From positions 1-34,109 of the IMG/VR virus record IMGVR_UViG_2913167280_000005: DNA of 34,109 nt. The stretch is one strand, 5' to 3'. Positions 33,751 through 34,109 of this stretch are shown piece by piece; within the stretch, counting starts at the first letter, position 1, and every line of letters starts with the position of its first letter. A model generated the notes under the pieces. That model saw only the letters and a list, made by a program, of their open reading frames with translations, did no database searches and was not told where the DNA came from. The translations under genes and the position numbers were made by a program. The DNA comes from a virus (Duplodnaviria; Heunggongvirae; Uroviricota; Caudoviricetes).

Positions 33751-34109
33751 GTGGATCACTGGAAAAACTTGCTATTCAGCAATATGAATTAACGACTGAA
33801 ATTAAACGTTTGAAAAAACTTTCTGGAGAAATTATTGAAAAATGCCACCCAGAGGATATTGAATCAAACGATCCTGCTAAAGGTTATTTCAACCATATCC
33901 AGTGGGTAATTCAGCTTCATAAAGAGCAGGAGCCAGACTACCCATTTGGACCGGAAAGCTTTGGCGACATATTTAATGCTGAAGTTACCTGCCCTCATTG
34001 TCGTGAATGGTACAGAATACAGAGGAAAGAAATACTTCCTCTTAAACGCAAGCTTGGTTCAGTTAAAGGAGCAATCACCAAAGCCGGAAAACGACTTGCC
34101 ACAGCCTAA
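33747..34109 (+). CDS. hypothetical protein (120 aa) with Cys/His motifs, AT-rich gene
   Basis: ATGA overlap with the methyltransferase stop; CH..(n)..CPHC motifs; visibly lower GC than neighbouring genes; stop is at the window end. Confidence 0.5.
   Translation: MSGSLEKLAIQQYELTTEIKRLKKLSGEIIEKCHPEDIESNDPAKGYFNHIQWVIQLHKEQEPDYPFGPESFGDIFNAEVTCPHCREWYRIQRKEILPLKRKLGSVKGAITKAGKRLATA

Noticed and set aside
1-34109. CRISPR arrays, tRNA/tmRNA genes and att core repeats
   Set aside because: No array of regularly spaced direct repeats and no tRNA-like cloverleaf was recognised by eye; the prophage integration end and integrase are presumably beyond the right edge of the window.

Overview
This window is about 33 kb of a temperate, probably defective, podovirus-type prophage from an enterobacterial-like genome, abutted on the left by an IS3-family insertion sequence. 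All calls come from reading the sequence and the ORF track; no database search or folding was run, so family names are recalled motif matches. Layout: (1) 1 to ~1200, IS3-family element with OrfA and OrfB. (2) 1331-22800, minus strand, a late/structural operon in T7-supergroup order (terminase small and large, portal, scaffold, major capsid, adaptor-like, nozzle-like, internal virion proteins, tail fibre); the fibre gene is truncated next to the IS and an in-frame TAG splits one internal-virion-protein frame. (3) 22846-28193, minus strand, an early-right region (Cro-like, Zn-ribbon, Dcm-type C5 methyltransferase, DnaT-like replication protein, two nucleases including HNH, small Zn-ribbon genes) ending in an intrinsic terminator just upstream of the terminase genes. 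(4) 28347-28934, a tandem-HTH repressor with dyad operators on both sides. (5) 29088-34109, plus strand, an early-left operon (coiled-coil protein, RecE-like exonuclease, RecT/Bet-type annealase, AlpA-like regulator, PerC-like regulator, MT-A70 adenine methyltransferase). Most interesting: a plus-strand accessory cassette between terminase and portal (19356-20741) with an attenuator-like terminator abutting the ribosome-binding site of an acidic 123-aa ORF; a 17-bp dyad ATTACC-N5-GGTAAT found at 10 intergenic sites in both early and late regions; and a 12-bp palindrome GTGACAYGTCAC at the 3' ends of three small genes. No tRNA, rRNA, CRISPR array or att site was recognised.
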